Below are positions 1 through 8,298 of a DNA stretch of 56,526 nucleotides, one piece after another. A program made the position numbers and the translations under genes. Under the pieces are notes generated by a model, which worked only from the letters and a program-made list of their open reading frames with translations, ran no database searches and was not told the origin of the DNA. The stretch is from assembly GCA_040883225.1 (NCBI GenBank), contig JBFLKP010000169.1:1-56526 (forward strand), read 5' to 3'. How positions within the stretch are numbered: the stretch's first letter is position 1; each line of letters starts with the position of its first letter. This DNA comes from Candidatus Limnocylindrales bacterium (GTDB lineage Bacteria; Chloroflexota; Limnocylindria; Limnocylindrales; CSP1-4).

Positions 1-327
1 CCGAACCTCATCGACCCCTCCCGCTTCACGCCCACCTCGCTGGCATCGGCAGTGTACGGCTGGTCGCGCACGGTCCTCTCGCCGGTCTCGGTCGTGTCGA
101 CGCCCGCGGTGCTCCCGCCGGAGCTCGACTGCGACGCCTGGACGACGCCGCATGCCTGGTCGACGCCGCCTTCTGGTCATCTGTCCGGCTGGGGCTCGTT
201 CGACGACGCACGGACAGCAGGGCGCCGGGATCCCGCCCCCGATCGAGTCCGGCCGCGGGTGGCGCCGGCGTGGAACGGCGTCGTTGCGGGCGATCTGCCG
301 TCCAACGGACCCCGAGCGGACATCTGA
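1..327 (+). CDS. 3' end of an unidentified protein-coding gene (5'-partial at window edge)
   Basis: Frame +1 is open from base 1 to TGA at 325-327 with strong G/C third-position bias. Translation is Ser/Thr/Pro/Trp-rich and matches no family I recognise. Competing reverse-frame ORFs are Arg-rich shadows. Confidence 0.3.
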   Translation, partial: PNLIDPSRFTPTSLASAVYGWSRTVLSPVSVVSTPAVLPPELDCDAWTTPHAWSTPPSGHLSGWGSFDDARTAGRRDPAPDRVRPRVAPAWNGVVAGDLPSNGPRADI

Positions 328-441
328 CCAGCACCTGGCGGCAGCCCTCGCCAGCCCAGGTGCGCTCCTCCGGCGCGCGCGCGCCGATGCTGCCGGTCGT
401 CAGACCGGATCTCCGGCTTGGTCCAGCCGTTGCCCGCGTGA

Positions 442-837
442 TCAGGGGTCGAGGGTGCGGACCTCCCAGCCGGCGAGCGCCTCGGTGGCGCAGGAGGCCG
501 AGGTCGTGATGAGCACCTTGGCATCGGCCTCGGCGGCCTCATCGTAGGTCTCCACATCGGCGAAGTCGCAAGGCGCGTATGGCGTCACGGCGCGCAGCCG
601 GAAGCGCTCCTGCCACGAGTGGACGAGATCCTTCTCCGTGGCCAGGGCCACCTCCGCATAGCCCTCGTCCTCGATGGTCTCGAGCACGCGCGGTACCTGC
701 TCCCAGACCTCGCGCATGGGGAAGGAGGTGTCGACCACGACGAAGACGCGCTCGTTCGGTCGCGTCAGCACGATGGCGGCTGCGAGCAGGCCGAAGACGA
801 TCGCGACCCCGAGCAGGAAGACCGCCAGCGGCCGCAC
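442..837 (-). CDS. small N-terminally membrane-anchored protein with degenerate mini-vWA-like core
   Basis: 131 aa. One N-terminal TM helix (LAVFLLGVAIVFGLLAAAIVL), then VFVVVDTSFPM ... VLITTSAS, which mimics the vWA beta1/MIDAS and beta4 strands without the metal ligands. Starts 6 nt after the stop of the upstream vWA gene. Good GC3. Confidence 0.6.
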   Translation of the reverse strand: MRPLAVFLLGVAIVFGLLAAAIVLTRPNERVFVVVDTSFPMREVWEQVPRVLETIEDEGYAEVALATEKDLVHSWQERFRLRAVTPYAPCDFADVETYDEAAEADAKVLITTSASCATEALAGWEVRTLDP

Positions 838-843
838 CCGTGC

Positions 844-2568
844 CTAGACCCCGGCGTTGAAGAGGGAGCTCAGCTTGAACTCCACGTCGCCCTCGCTGGC
901 GTTGATGGTCGCGGCCTCCACCAGCGAGGCCAGCCGGCCGAGCTCTTCGAGGTTCGCCTCGAAGCCGACGGTCACGACCGGGATGCGCAGGCCGGCCACG
1001 ACCTCGTCCACGTCGCCGAAGCGGAGGCCCTCGTTGGTCTCGCCATCGGTGAGCACGATGAGCATGTACTTGCCCCCGGGTTCCTGCTCGCGCTGCTCCG
1101 CCAGCATCGAGAGTCCGAGGATGACCCCGTCATACATGGCCGTGCCACCCACCGGGTCCATGTCCTGGACCGCGGCCGCGAACTGGGCCTGCTGGTTGAG
1201 GTCGAAGGGTGCGATCTCGAGCCGTCGTCGCGCGCGGTCTGCGAACTCGACCATGCCCACCGAGGCCTCGGGGTTGATGAACTCCCGCGACGACTCGAGC
1301 GCCCGCTGCACCGCGGCGATGCGCGAGCCCGCCATCGAGCCGCTGGTGTCGGTGACGAAGACGGCGTAGACCGGGCGACCCGCGTCCTTCTTGTCCTTCC
1401 ACAGCTGCTGGGCCTCGATGAGCGTGGTCCCGGAGGGGATGGACACGTCGGAGGTGTAGTCGGGCGGGTCGAAGCCCAGCTCCGCCGCCCGTCGCTGCTC
1501 GGCCTCGCCGCGCAGGTGCTCACCGAAGAGCTCCAGCACCTCGCGCTCGGCCGGGCTGGCGGCGTCGAAGGCGTAGAGCGGGTTGTCGTGGCGGATGCCG
1601 AAGGGGATGAACTCGAAGCCGTCGCGCAGCGAATCGGTGTTGACGTAGGTCTGCCACTCCATCACGAAGGCGTCGAGCGAGCCGTTGTCACGCTCCACCG
1701 ACTCGCGCAGCTGCAGCGTGGTGAAGGCTACGAACGGGACCTGCTCCTGGAAGGTCTCGAAAACGCTGGCCACGTCGGGGTCGACGAGGCGGTCCTCGTC
1801 ACCCTCGGCGAAGTCATCGAGGACGGTGAGCAGGAAGTTCAGGCCGGTAGAGGACGCGAAGGGGTCGGTGTAGCCCATGACGAGGTCGCCGTTGATGACG
1901 GCCTCGAGCAGGACCTTGGTGCCGAGCTCACCGTAGCGCTCGCGCAGCTCCTCGGCGGTCTCCTCCTTCATCACGATGCCAGCCACGTTGGGTACCGTCT
2001 GGTCCGTGACCACCGACAGCGGGCTGTGCGTCCCGGCCATCTCCACCCACAGGTGGTTCGAGGGGCTGAAGCCGGCCGGGATCCCCTCGCCGGCAGCGAT
2101 GAACTGGTAGGCGGTGCCTGACGCGATGCTGCGGATGGCGACCTGTGCTTCGCGGCCATCGGCGAGGCGCTGGCCGCTGTCGTTGAAGGACTCGGCGGCC
2201 TCGACCATCCAGCCGTCGATACCGCTGCCCGACTTCTCGGTGGAGACGAAGATCTCGGCCACGGTGCGATCGGCGGTGGCGTCCGGCCTGACCACCAGCG
2301 GGAACTCGCTGATGTCGGGCAGCGTGTCAGCGAGGGCCTTGCCGCCGCCCGGTTCCACGCTCGCGCGACGGTCGATGGGCTCGTCCAGCCAGCCGATGTC
2401 CGAGGCCAGCTCGGTCAGCCGCTGGCCGGCCTCGGCTGGCTCGAGCGGCTCGGCCTCTCCGGGATCGCAGGCGACCGCGACGAGGGCGATCGCGAGGAGC
2501 ACCACGAGCGTGGTCAGGTGTGGCCGTCCCGGGGTCGGGCCCACGCGCGGCATCGCCGTGCGACTCAC
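844..2568 (-). CDS. secreted/lipoprotein: substrate-binding-like region fused to C-terminal von Willebrand factor A domain
   Basis: 574 aa. Signal peptide ending LVAVAC-D (lipobox-like). About 390 aa of solute-binding-protein-like region. C-terminal vWA with MIDAS VFVTDTSGSM, GGTAMYDG and LIVLTDGETN. GTG start overlaps the TelA stop (GTGA at 2565-2568); ATG at 2553 is an alternative start. Confidence 0.8.
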   Translation of the reverse strand: MSRTAMPRVGPTPGRPHLTTLVVLLAIALVAVACDPGEAEPLEPAEAGQRLTELASDIGWLDEPIDRRASVEPGGGKALADTLPDISEFPLVVRPDATADRTVAEIFVSTEKSGSGIDGWMVEAAESFNDSGQRLADGREAQVAIRSIASGTAYQFIAAGEGIPAGFSPSNHLWVEMAGTHSPLSVVTDQTVPNVAGIVMKEETAEELRERYGELGTKVLLEAVINGDLVMGYTDPFASSTGLNFLLTVLDDFAEGDEDRLVDPDVASVFETFQEQVPFVAFTTLQLRESVERDNGSLDAFVMEWQTYVNTDSLRDGFEFIPFGIRHDNPLYAFDAASPAEREVLELFGEHLRGEAEQRRAAELGFDPPDYTSDVSIPSGTTLIEAQQLWKDKKDAGRPVYAVFVTDTSGSMAGSRIAAVQRALESSREFINPEASVGMVEFADRARRRLEIAPFDLNQQAQFAAAVQDMDPVGGTAMYDGVILGLSMLAEQREQEPGGKYMLIVLTDGETNEGLRFGDVDEVVAGLRIPVVTVGFEANLEELGRLASLVEAATINASEGDVEFKLSSLFNAGV

Positions 2569-3785
2569 GCCTGCTCCTCTTCCCGTTCGGCCTGGCCGAC
2601 CTCGAGCTCGAGCAGGCCCGACGCGCTCGTGCTGCGCTCGTACTTCTCGATGGTCCGCTCGGCCTTCGTCGTGAGCTGGTCCATCTCGACGATGGACTGG
2701 GCCATCTGCGGCAGGGCCTCGCGCCGGTAGCGGGCGATCTCGTCGAGGGCGATGTTGATGTCCCCGAAGGCCGACTTCAGCGACTCCATGTCGAGCATCG
2801 TGCTGGCAGCCTGCTGGTGGATCTGGCTGCCCTGGGTCTTGAGCCGGGTGGCGGTACCGGCGATGAGATCGGAGGTGGTGCGGTTGAGCGCTTCGACCTT
2901 GTCGAGCACGACCTTCTGGTGGGCCACGGCCATGGCCACCGCCACGGCCACCTGGAGCGCGCTGATGGTCACGTCAAGGGCTCGCTCCACGCCACGGATG
3001 AGCTCGCGGTTGTTGCGCACGATGATGGCCGTGGCCAGCACGCCCTGCTGGTTGACGGCCAGCTGCTGCTGCAGGTCCATGATGCGCTGGCGCAGGAGGA
3101 AGACGATCTCCTCCTCGATGAAAGCCCGGCGCGGGTCGTCCGCAGGCAGGGCCTCGAGCCGAGCCCCGATGGCCGTGTCGAGCGCCTGTGCCAGGGCCAC
3201 CTGGTCGGTCAGCGTGAGCGTCAGCTCGCGCATGTTCTTCTGGTCTTCGTTGAGCGTGACGTTGTCACGCTTGAGCTGGTCCCGGCCACTCTCGAGCGAG
3301 CGGATGATGGCGTCGATGACACCCTGCGATGACTCGAAGCGCATGAAGTAGCGCTGGAGCGGCGAGCCGACCCCGGGCAGCAGGCCCAGGAGGCGATTGA
3401 CGCCTCCCGGGCTGAGGTCCACGCCCGTGGGGTCGAGCTTCTCGACCTCGATGCGCAGGTCCGAGAGTGACTTGGCCACCGGCCCACCCTCCTCGGAATC
3501 GCGCGAGAGGTCGCGCAGCGGCGCCTGCAGCATGCGGCTGCGTGTGGCCGCACGTCGCTGCAGGTCTCGCCCCATGCGCTCGACCGAATCGACGGCGGAC
3601 ACCCGCGCGTCCTGGTCGTCGGGGTCGACGGCGATGAGCTTGTCAGCCACCGCCAGCGCGCGCTGCTGCAGCTCGTCGCTGACCTGTGGCTCTGGCACCA
3701 GGACCTCGGCCTTGGTCTCCTCGATATCGAGATCCAGGTGCAGCTCGAGCGCCTTGTCCGCGTTCGTCGCCGGCTGGTCGGTCAT
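2565..3785 (-). CDS. TelA-family (toxic anion resistance-like) protein
   Basis: 406 aa, all-helical and acidic, with the layout and length typical of the TelA/YaaN family. ATG at 3785 is preceded by GGAGGA 6 nt upstream. Confidence 0.75.
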   Translation of the reverse strand: MTDQPATNADKALELHLDLDIEETKAEVLVPEPQVSDELQQRALAVADKLIAVDPDDQDARVSAVDSVERMGRDLQRRAATRSRMLQAPLRDLSRDSEEGGPVAKSLSDLRIEVEKLDPTGVDLSPGGVNRLLGLLPGVGSPLQRYFMRFESSQGVIDAIIRSLESGRDQLKRDNVTLNEDQKNMRELTLTLTDQVALAQALDTAIGARLEALPADDPRRAFIEEEIVFLLRQRIMDLQQQLAVNQQGVLATAIIVRNNRELIRGVERALDVTISALQVAVAVAMAVAHQKVVLDKVEALNRTTSDLIAGTATRLKTQGSQIHQQAASTMLDMESLKSAFGDINIALDEIARYRREALPQMAQSIVEMDQLTTKAERTIEKYERSTSASGLLELEVGQAEREEEQA

Positions 3786-3843
3786 CTCGGTCCTCCGTTC
3801 GTCTGGGCTCAGTCTGACGGCTCTCGTCGCTGGATGGGTCGGA

Positions 3844-4596
3844 TCAGGCGGAGGCGTACCGGCCCGCGCGATCGGCCAGCTCCGCGAGCTCCTTCATGGC
3901 CGCCTCGGCATCCTGGGGCGCGATCCCGATGGGCGCGTCGGCGAGGGCGGCAGCCGTGCGGTCGAGCAGCGTCATGGCCGACTCGTTCTGGGCCATCAGG
4001 TACGCGGCCTTGGCGTCCTGGTCGGTCGCCAGCGCCCGCCGGTCCTCGAGCGAGCGCATCTCGGCCCGGGCGTCGTCACGGCCCTCGACCTGCAGCTCCG
4101 CGAGGCGAGTGTCGATGTAGTCGGGGTCGATGGTGCTGATGCTCTTCTTGGCGATGGCCACCTCCCGCAGGTTGGTGATGACCGCGAGGTACACCTGCTG
4201 GGCCGTGGACTGGTAGCGCGCGTAGGTCAGCTCCCCGGCGGTGAGGCGCTCGTCGAGGATGGCGACGAGGTTGTCGCGTTTCTCCGCGATGGCCTCGAGC
4301 TGATAGGCCGGTCGCGGATCGTCGAGGCGTGCGAGCTCCGACTCGAGGATGCGCAGTTGACCGGCGTCCACCTCCGGTAGCTTCGGCGCCCGATACTGCA
4401 GCCTGTTGAGCGTGCCGCTGGTGGCCAGCAGGAGCGGCCACAGCGCGATGGCCACGACCCCGGCGACGATGACGACGGCGGTGAAGACCGTCGAGGGCTG
4501 CAGGACGACGATGATCGCGACCACCGCCACCACGACCGCGGCGACGGCGATCCACGAAGGCGGGTACGAGGCGACCGCTCGCCACCATGTCTGCAT
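3844..4596 (-). CDS. 2-TM membrane protein, XpaC-like (5-bromo-4-chloroindolyl phosphate hydrolysis protein family) candidate
   Basis: 250 aa. Two N-terminal TM helices followed by a helical cytoplasmic domain. Sits directly upstream of the TelA gene, as in the Bacillus xpaC-yaaN pair. Assignment rests on architecture and synteny only. Confidence 0.45.
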   Translation of the reverse strand: MQTWWRAVASYPPSWIAVAAVVVAVVAIIVVLQPSTVFTAVVIVAGVVAIALWPLLLATSGTLNRLQYRAPKLPEVDAGQLRILESELARLDDPRPAYQLEAIAEKRDNLVAILDERLTAGELTYARYQSTAQQVYLAVITNLREVAIAKKSISTIDPDYIDTRLAELQVEGRDDARAEMRSLEDRRALATDQDAKAAYLMAQNESAMTLLDRTAAALADAPIGIAPQDAEAAMKELAELADRAGRYASA

Positions 4597-4661
4597 CTTG
4601 TCCCAATTCTGACAGTCCGCCCGGCGATGGGTGCTGCAGCGACCCGTGCGTGGCGGGCCCG

Positions 4662-4703
4662 GTCAGCCGATGGCGGCGATGAGTCAGCCGATGGCGGCGA
4701 CGA
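4662..4703. repeat. 21-bp tandem duplication (20/21 identical) spanning the stop codon of the LLM oxidoreductase gene
   Basis: gtcagccgatggcggcgatga (4662-4682) and gtcagccgatggcggcgacga (4683-4703). On the minus strand this reads ...AAIG-TGA-LIAAIG-TGA in frame. Confidence 0.9.
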
Positions 4704-5577
4704 CCTCACGATGGAAGCGCTCGATGGCCTTGGCCGCCGCATCGGGGTCGACCTCGCCGAAGTCGAGGGCCACGTGCCCGGTGCCAGCGTCGCGGTACGC
4801 CCGCAGGCGGTCGGCCATCTGCTCGGGCGTGCCGGTCACGATGGAGGGCCCTGCCCGCAAGCCCCCCTCGTCGACGGTGAGGCGGGTCGAGGCCAGCGGC
4901 ATGGGGCGACCCGCGGCCTCGGCCGAGGCGCGCACGATCGCGAGCCGCTGGCGCATGGTCTCGGGATCGGTCCGGGTCGAGTGGTAGCCATCGGCGATCC
5001 GGCCGGCACGGCGAAGCGCGGCCTCGGCCGTCGCCCCGATCCAGATGGGCAGCTCCGCACCCTGCGCCGGCAGGGGCGAGAAGTACCCCTCGTCCCAGCC
5101 GTCGAAGCGTCCGCGATAGGGACCCGTCTCGCCTGACCAGAGGTGTCGCCACAGCCGGACCGTCTCCTCCAGCCACGCGCCCCGATGGCCGAATCGCTCG
5201 CCCTCGCCGACGCTCTCGAACTCGACCTCGTTCCAGCCGATGCCGACGCCCGCGATGAGGCGCCCATCGCTGAGCGCATCGATGGTGGCCAGCTCCTTGG
5301 CCATCACGAGGGCGTTGCGCATCGGTGCCACGAGCACGCTCGTGCCCAGCCGGATGGTGGTGGTCTGCCCGGCCAGCCAGGCCACGGTCGTGAGCGCCTC
5401 GTAGATGTGGCGGTAGTCCCGTCCGCGGTCGGCGCCGTCCACGAGGATGTGATCGGTGACGAAGGCCGAGTGCCAGCCCAGCCGCTCGGCGGTCTGGGTC
5501 GCCGCCAGCATCGTCTCCGGGCCCGTGCCTGCCCGGAAGTTGGGGATGCAGATCCCCAGGCTCATGCGGTCGCCCAT
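4684..5577 (-). CDS. LLM-class (luciferase-like) F420-dependent oxidoreductase
   Basis: 297 aa with luciferase-like TIM-barrel hallmarks (FVTDHIL, RLGTSVLVAPMRN, SDGRLIAGVGIGW) and the length typical of LLM class F420 enzymes. Confidence 0.8.
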   Translation of the reverse strand: MGDRMSLGICIPNFRAGTGPETMLAATQTAERLGWHSAFVTDHILVDGADRGRDYRHIYEALTTVAWLAGQTTTIRLGTSVLVAPMRNALVMAKELATIDALSDGRLIAGVGIGWNEVEFESVGEGERFGHRGAWLEETVRLWRHLWSGETGPYRGRFDGWDEGYFSPLPAQGAELPIWIGATAEAALRRAGRIADGYHSTRTDPETMRQRLAIVRASAEAAGRPMPLASTRLTVDEGGLRAGPSIVTGTPEQMADRLRAYRDAGTGHVALDFGEVDPDAAAKAIERFHREVVAAIG

Positions 5578-5634
5578 GCTTCGCCCTCCCGCTCTTCGCT
5601 CCCGTCTGCCGGCGCGCCTCAGCTGCCGCGCTGT

Positions 5635-6531
5635 CTACGCCGCACTGCGTGCGAGGAGTATGGAGCACCGAGCGTGAAGCACCACGTTCCGGGCGACGCT
5701 GCCCATGAGCAGCCGCTGCAGGCCGGTCCGCCCGTGCGTTCCGAGCACGATGAGGCTCGCGTCGTGGGCGGCGGCGAAAGCCATGATCGTCTCGGCCGGA
5801 TCGCCGACACGGCTCGATGCTCGGGCCTCGAGCCCCGCCGCTGCGAGCCTTGCCGCCATCTCCTCGGCCAGCTCCTGGTGCTGCCGCCGGGACGGCTCGG
5901 CCGCGTGGTGGTAGGCCTCGGCCACGACCTCCGGGCCGGCGAGACCTGCCCGGACCCACCACGGAGGCTCAGCGTCGGCCACGCTGAGGACCTCGATCGG
6001 CGTCTCTCGGAACAAGCTCCACTCGGTCAGCATCGGCAGCGCCCGCTCCGCCCGCTCCGATCCGTCCCACGCGAAGACCACCCGCTCGATGTCCCGACCA
6101 CGGGCCACGAGCACGGGCACGTGCGCGTGGTCGATGACCTCTGAGGAGACCGATCCGAGCAGCATCGTCTCCAGCGTCCCGTGCCCCCGTGAGCCGACCA
6201 CGATGAGGTCGACCTCGTACTGCGTCGCGAGGGAAGTGATCGTGTCCGCTGCGCGCCCGGCCACGATCGTCGTCTCGACCGAACGGCTCGGATCGGCCAG
6301 CTCCGCCGCCGCCTCCTTCAGGTTTCGCTCGGCGCGCTCGCGGATCTCCCGATCGATGGCGTCGGTGTCGACCGGAGCGATCGGCGGCCAGGGTCCTCCG
6401 AAGACCGCGACGCCGGATGGCACGGCCTCGACCACGTACAGCTTCGACGCGGCCGGCCAATCGAGCCGGGCCACCAGCTCGACCGCGACACGTGAGCACT
6501 TCGAACCGTCGGTAGCGACCAGGACTCGCAT
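5635..6531 (-). CDS. universal stress protein, tandem UspA domains
   Basis: 298 aa. Two Usp domains, each with a G-x2-G-x9-G(S/T)-type motif (VVGSRGHGTLETMLLGSVSSEV; VLGTHGRTGLQRLLMGSVARNV). AAGGAGG lies 6 nt upstream of the ATG. Confidence 0.85.
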   Translation of the reverse strand: MRVLVATDGSKCSRVAVELVARLDWPAASKLYVVEAVPSGVAVFGGPWPPIAPVDTDAIDREIRERAERNLKEAAAELADPSRSVETTIVAGRAADTITSLATQYEVDLIVVGSRGHGTLETMLLGSVSSEVIDHAHVPVLVARGRDIERVVFAWDGSERAERALPMLTEWSLFRETPIEVLSVADAEPPWWVRAGLAGPEVVAEAYHHAAEPSRRQHQELAEEMAARLAAAGLEARASSRVGDPAETIMAFAAAHDASLIVLGTHGRTGLQRLLMGSVARNVVLHARCSILLARSAA

Positions 6532-6603
6532 CTGGGGCCTCCTTCATCAGGCGCGCCCGACGAGCCCCCACGAGCGCGAGGGCCCGTCGCGCTCAGGTGC
6601 CGA

Positions 6604-7122
6604 TCAGGACTCGTACCAGGCGGGCTCCCTCCAGGTCGCTGCCGCGAGATCGGCGTACACGACCCCGAGCGCCTTCTCCCATTCCGCGCGGTCGACCCGG
6701 ACTGCGTGCGTGTGGGTACCGGCATTGAAGCTGATCTCGGCCGCGTCACACACGTGCAGGTCCGCGTACGTGGGGATGCCGAAGAGGCTGCCGACCGCCG
6801 GCATGGCGCCGGCCTCACAGTCGGGCGCCAGCTGCTCGAGCTCCTCCTCGGGCACGAGCGTCACCCGCCCCGAGCGCAAGACCTCCCTGGCCTTGCTCAG
6901 GTCAAGGTGGTCGTTGGCATCGACGACCACCAGCGCATCTCCGCCGTCAGCCGAGCGCACCCACACGACCTTCTCGAAGGTGTGTGGGTCGACGCCCTCG
7001 GCCCGGGCCGTCGCCAGCGCCGTGAGCGCGCGGTCGTGCTCGTGGATCTCGTAGCCGATGCCCGCTGCGTCCAGCCAGGTCATCAGGCTCTTCATGGGAC
7101 CTCTGGAAACCTGGGCCTCCAT
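6604..7122 (-). CDS. YbaK/EbsC-type aminoacyl-tRNA editing (deacylase) domain protein
   Basis: YbaK-like pattern (HTFEKVVWV, ALVVVDANDHLDL, AMPAVGSLFGIP, ISFNAGTHTHAV). Start chosen at ATG 7122 because AAGGAGG lies 6 nt upstream; ATG 7095 is an alternative. Confidence 0.7.
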   Translation of the reverse strand: MEAQVSRGPMKSLMTWLDAAGIGYEIHEHDRALTALATARAEGVDPHTFEKVVWVRSADGGDALVVVDANDHLDLSKAREVLRSGRVTLVPEEELEQLAPDCEAGAMPAVGSLFGIPTYADLHVCDAAEISFNAGTHTHAVRVDRAEWEKALGVVYADLAAATWREPAWYES

Positions 7123-7286
7123 CGTCCACCTCCTTTGCAGGGCAAACCCTGCGATGGTGAATCGTGCGCCGCCCACGGCGGCTTGTCCAGCCCCGCGCGG
7201 GTTCGAACGGACGGGCCGAAGGTCGATTCTGCGAGCCTGCCCTCGCTGGACATCCTGGCTGCGCTGCGTTCCTGTAGGGTCAACAG

Positions 7287-8075
7287 ATGGGCCGACTCGC
7301 CACGACCATGGGTAGCCTCGCCGCGCGCCGTCTTGTTCGCTATGGGGCCCTGGCCGCGGTGGCCTACGCCATCGGGACGATCCAGGTCCCGCGGCTCGTG
7401 CAGCGGCGCTACAGCGCTGAGCCGGTAACCGACCACTTCGATCTCGAGTGGGGCGAGGGCAAGCACATCCGCTTCAACGCGGCCGGCTCCACCACCGTGG
7501 AGGTCACGACCAGCCCCTGGCTGGGGTTCACGACCGCGCTCCTGGATATGAGCAAGGCCGTGGTGCCCGTGGTCATCCTCCGCCGGGCCTGCCCTGGCGA
7601 GCCCTTGGCGGCCATCTGGGCGACCGCCAGCACCATCGGTCAGATGCTGCCGCCGCAGCACCGTTTCAGGGGCGGCCGGGGAGAGGCCATGCTCACGGGC
7701 ACGGCCATCGCCCTGGAGCCACCGTCGGTCTTCGTGAGCGTGGCCATCAGCCAGGTCGTGGGCATCTACGTCCTGCGCAACCCGCTGCTCGCGGCACACT
7801 CGTGGACCGGCATCCTGACGCTCTACTGGCTCGTCCGGCGCAAGCCCGACCTCGCGGCCTGGACGCTCGCGGTCAATGGCGTGCGCTGGGCGCTGTCGGT
7901 CCCGGAGGCGCGGGCCATCAGCCGCTACCACGCCGCCGGGGAGTTCGAGACGCGCGAGTTCCATGAGGCCTTCGAGAGCAACCACATCGGCTACATCCAC
8001 AAGTGGCTGCGTGAGCGCGGCCTCATCCACTACGCCTACATGGACGAGGAGCCCGGGGCCGCCAGCGGCCCGTGA
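7287..8075 (+). CDS. divergent PlsY-family (glycerol-3-phosphate acyltransferase-like) membrane protein with soluble C-terminal extension
   Basis: 262 aa. LLDMSKAVVPV and GQMLPPQHRFRGGRGEAMLTG resemble PlsY motifs (LLDxxKG; GHxxPxxxxFKGGKGVAT), but with His->Gln and Lys->Arg changes. Extra roughly 60-aa hydrophilic tail. Confidence 0.5.
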   Translation: MGRLATTMGSLAARRLVRYGALAAVAYAIGTIQVPRLVQRRYSAEPVTDHFDLEWGEGKHIRFNAAGSTTVEVTTSPWLGFTTALLDMSKAVVPVVILRRACPGEPLAAIWATASTIGQMLPPQHRFRGGRGEAMLTGTAIALEPPSVFVSVAISQVVGIYVLRNPLLAAHSWTGILTLYWLVRRKPDLAAWTLAVNGVRWALSVPEARAISRYHAAGEFETREFHEAFESNHIGYIHKWLRERGLIHYAYMDEEPGAASGP

Positions 8076-8298
8076 AGACGAGGCAGGGCGTGAGGTCCTC
8101 GAGGATGCCGGACTCCCCGGTGTCCTCGTAGCCGGAGAAGTCCTCGAAGATGAAGGATCCGGGCGGGTAGAAGGCTGCGAGCGCCATGGTCAGCCCACGA
8201 CACCGCCGACGCCCGTCATGATCCCGAACCGGCCGGGCACGGTTCAGAGGGCGCGACCTCCGACGATAAGGCTGGAGGTGGGGAAGCGCCATTTCGGC

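Noticed and set aside
619-2121. Long antisense ORFs opposite real genes: 619-2121 (+), 7092-8030 (-), 9085-10353 (+), 15396-16733 (+), 20587-22017 (-), 22001-23716 (-), 32533-34140 (+), 35604-37118 (+), 37377-38747 (+), 47142-48716 (+), 49755-50993 (-), 51759-53075 (-), 53821-55404 (+).
   Set aside because: These are typical high-GC shadow ORFs. Their compositions are rich in Arg, Gly, His, Asp, Leu and Val, with no recognisable motifs. Each lies opposite a gene with clear family signatures and proper third-position G/C bias.
7190-7215. GGGTTCGAACGG resembles a tRNA T-loop, so I looked for a tRNA gene in the 164-bp ybaK / plsY-like spacer.
   Set aside because: The flanking bases cannot form a T-stem. 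No acceptor or anticodon arms can be drawn. No other tRNA-like or rRNA-like segment was seen in the window.
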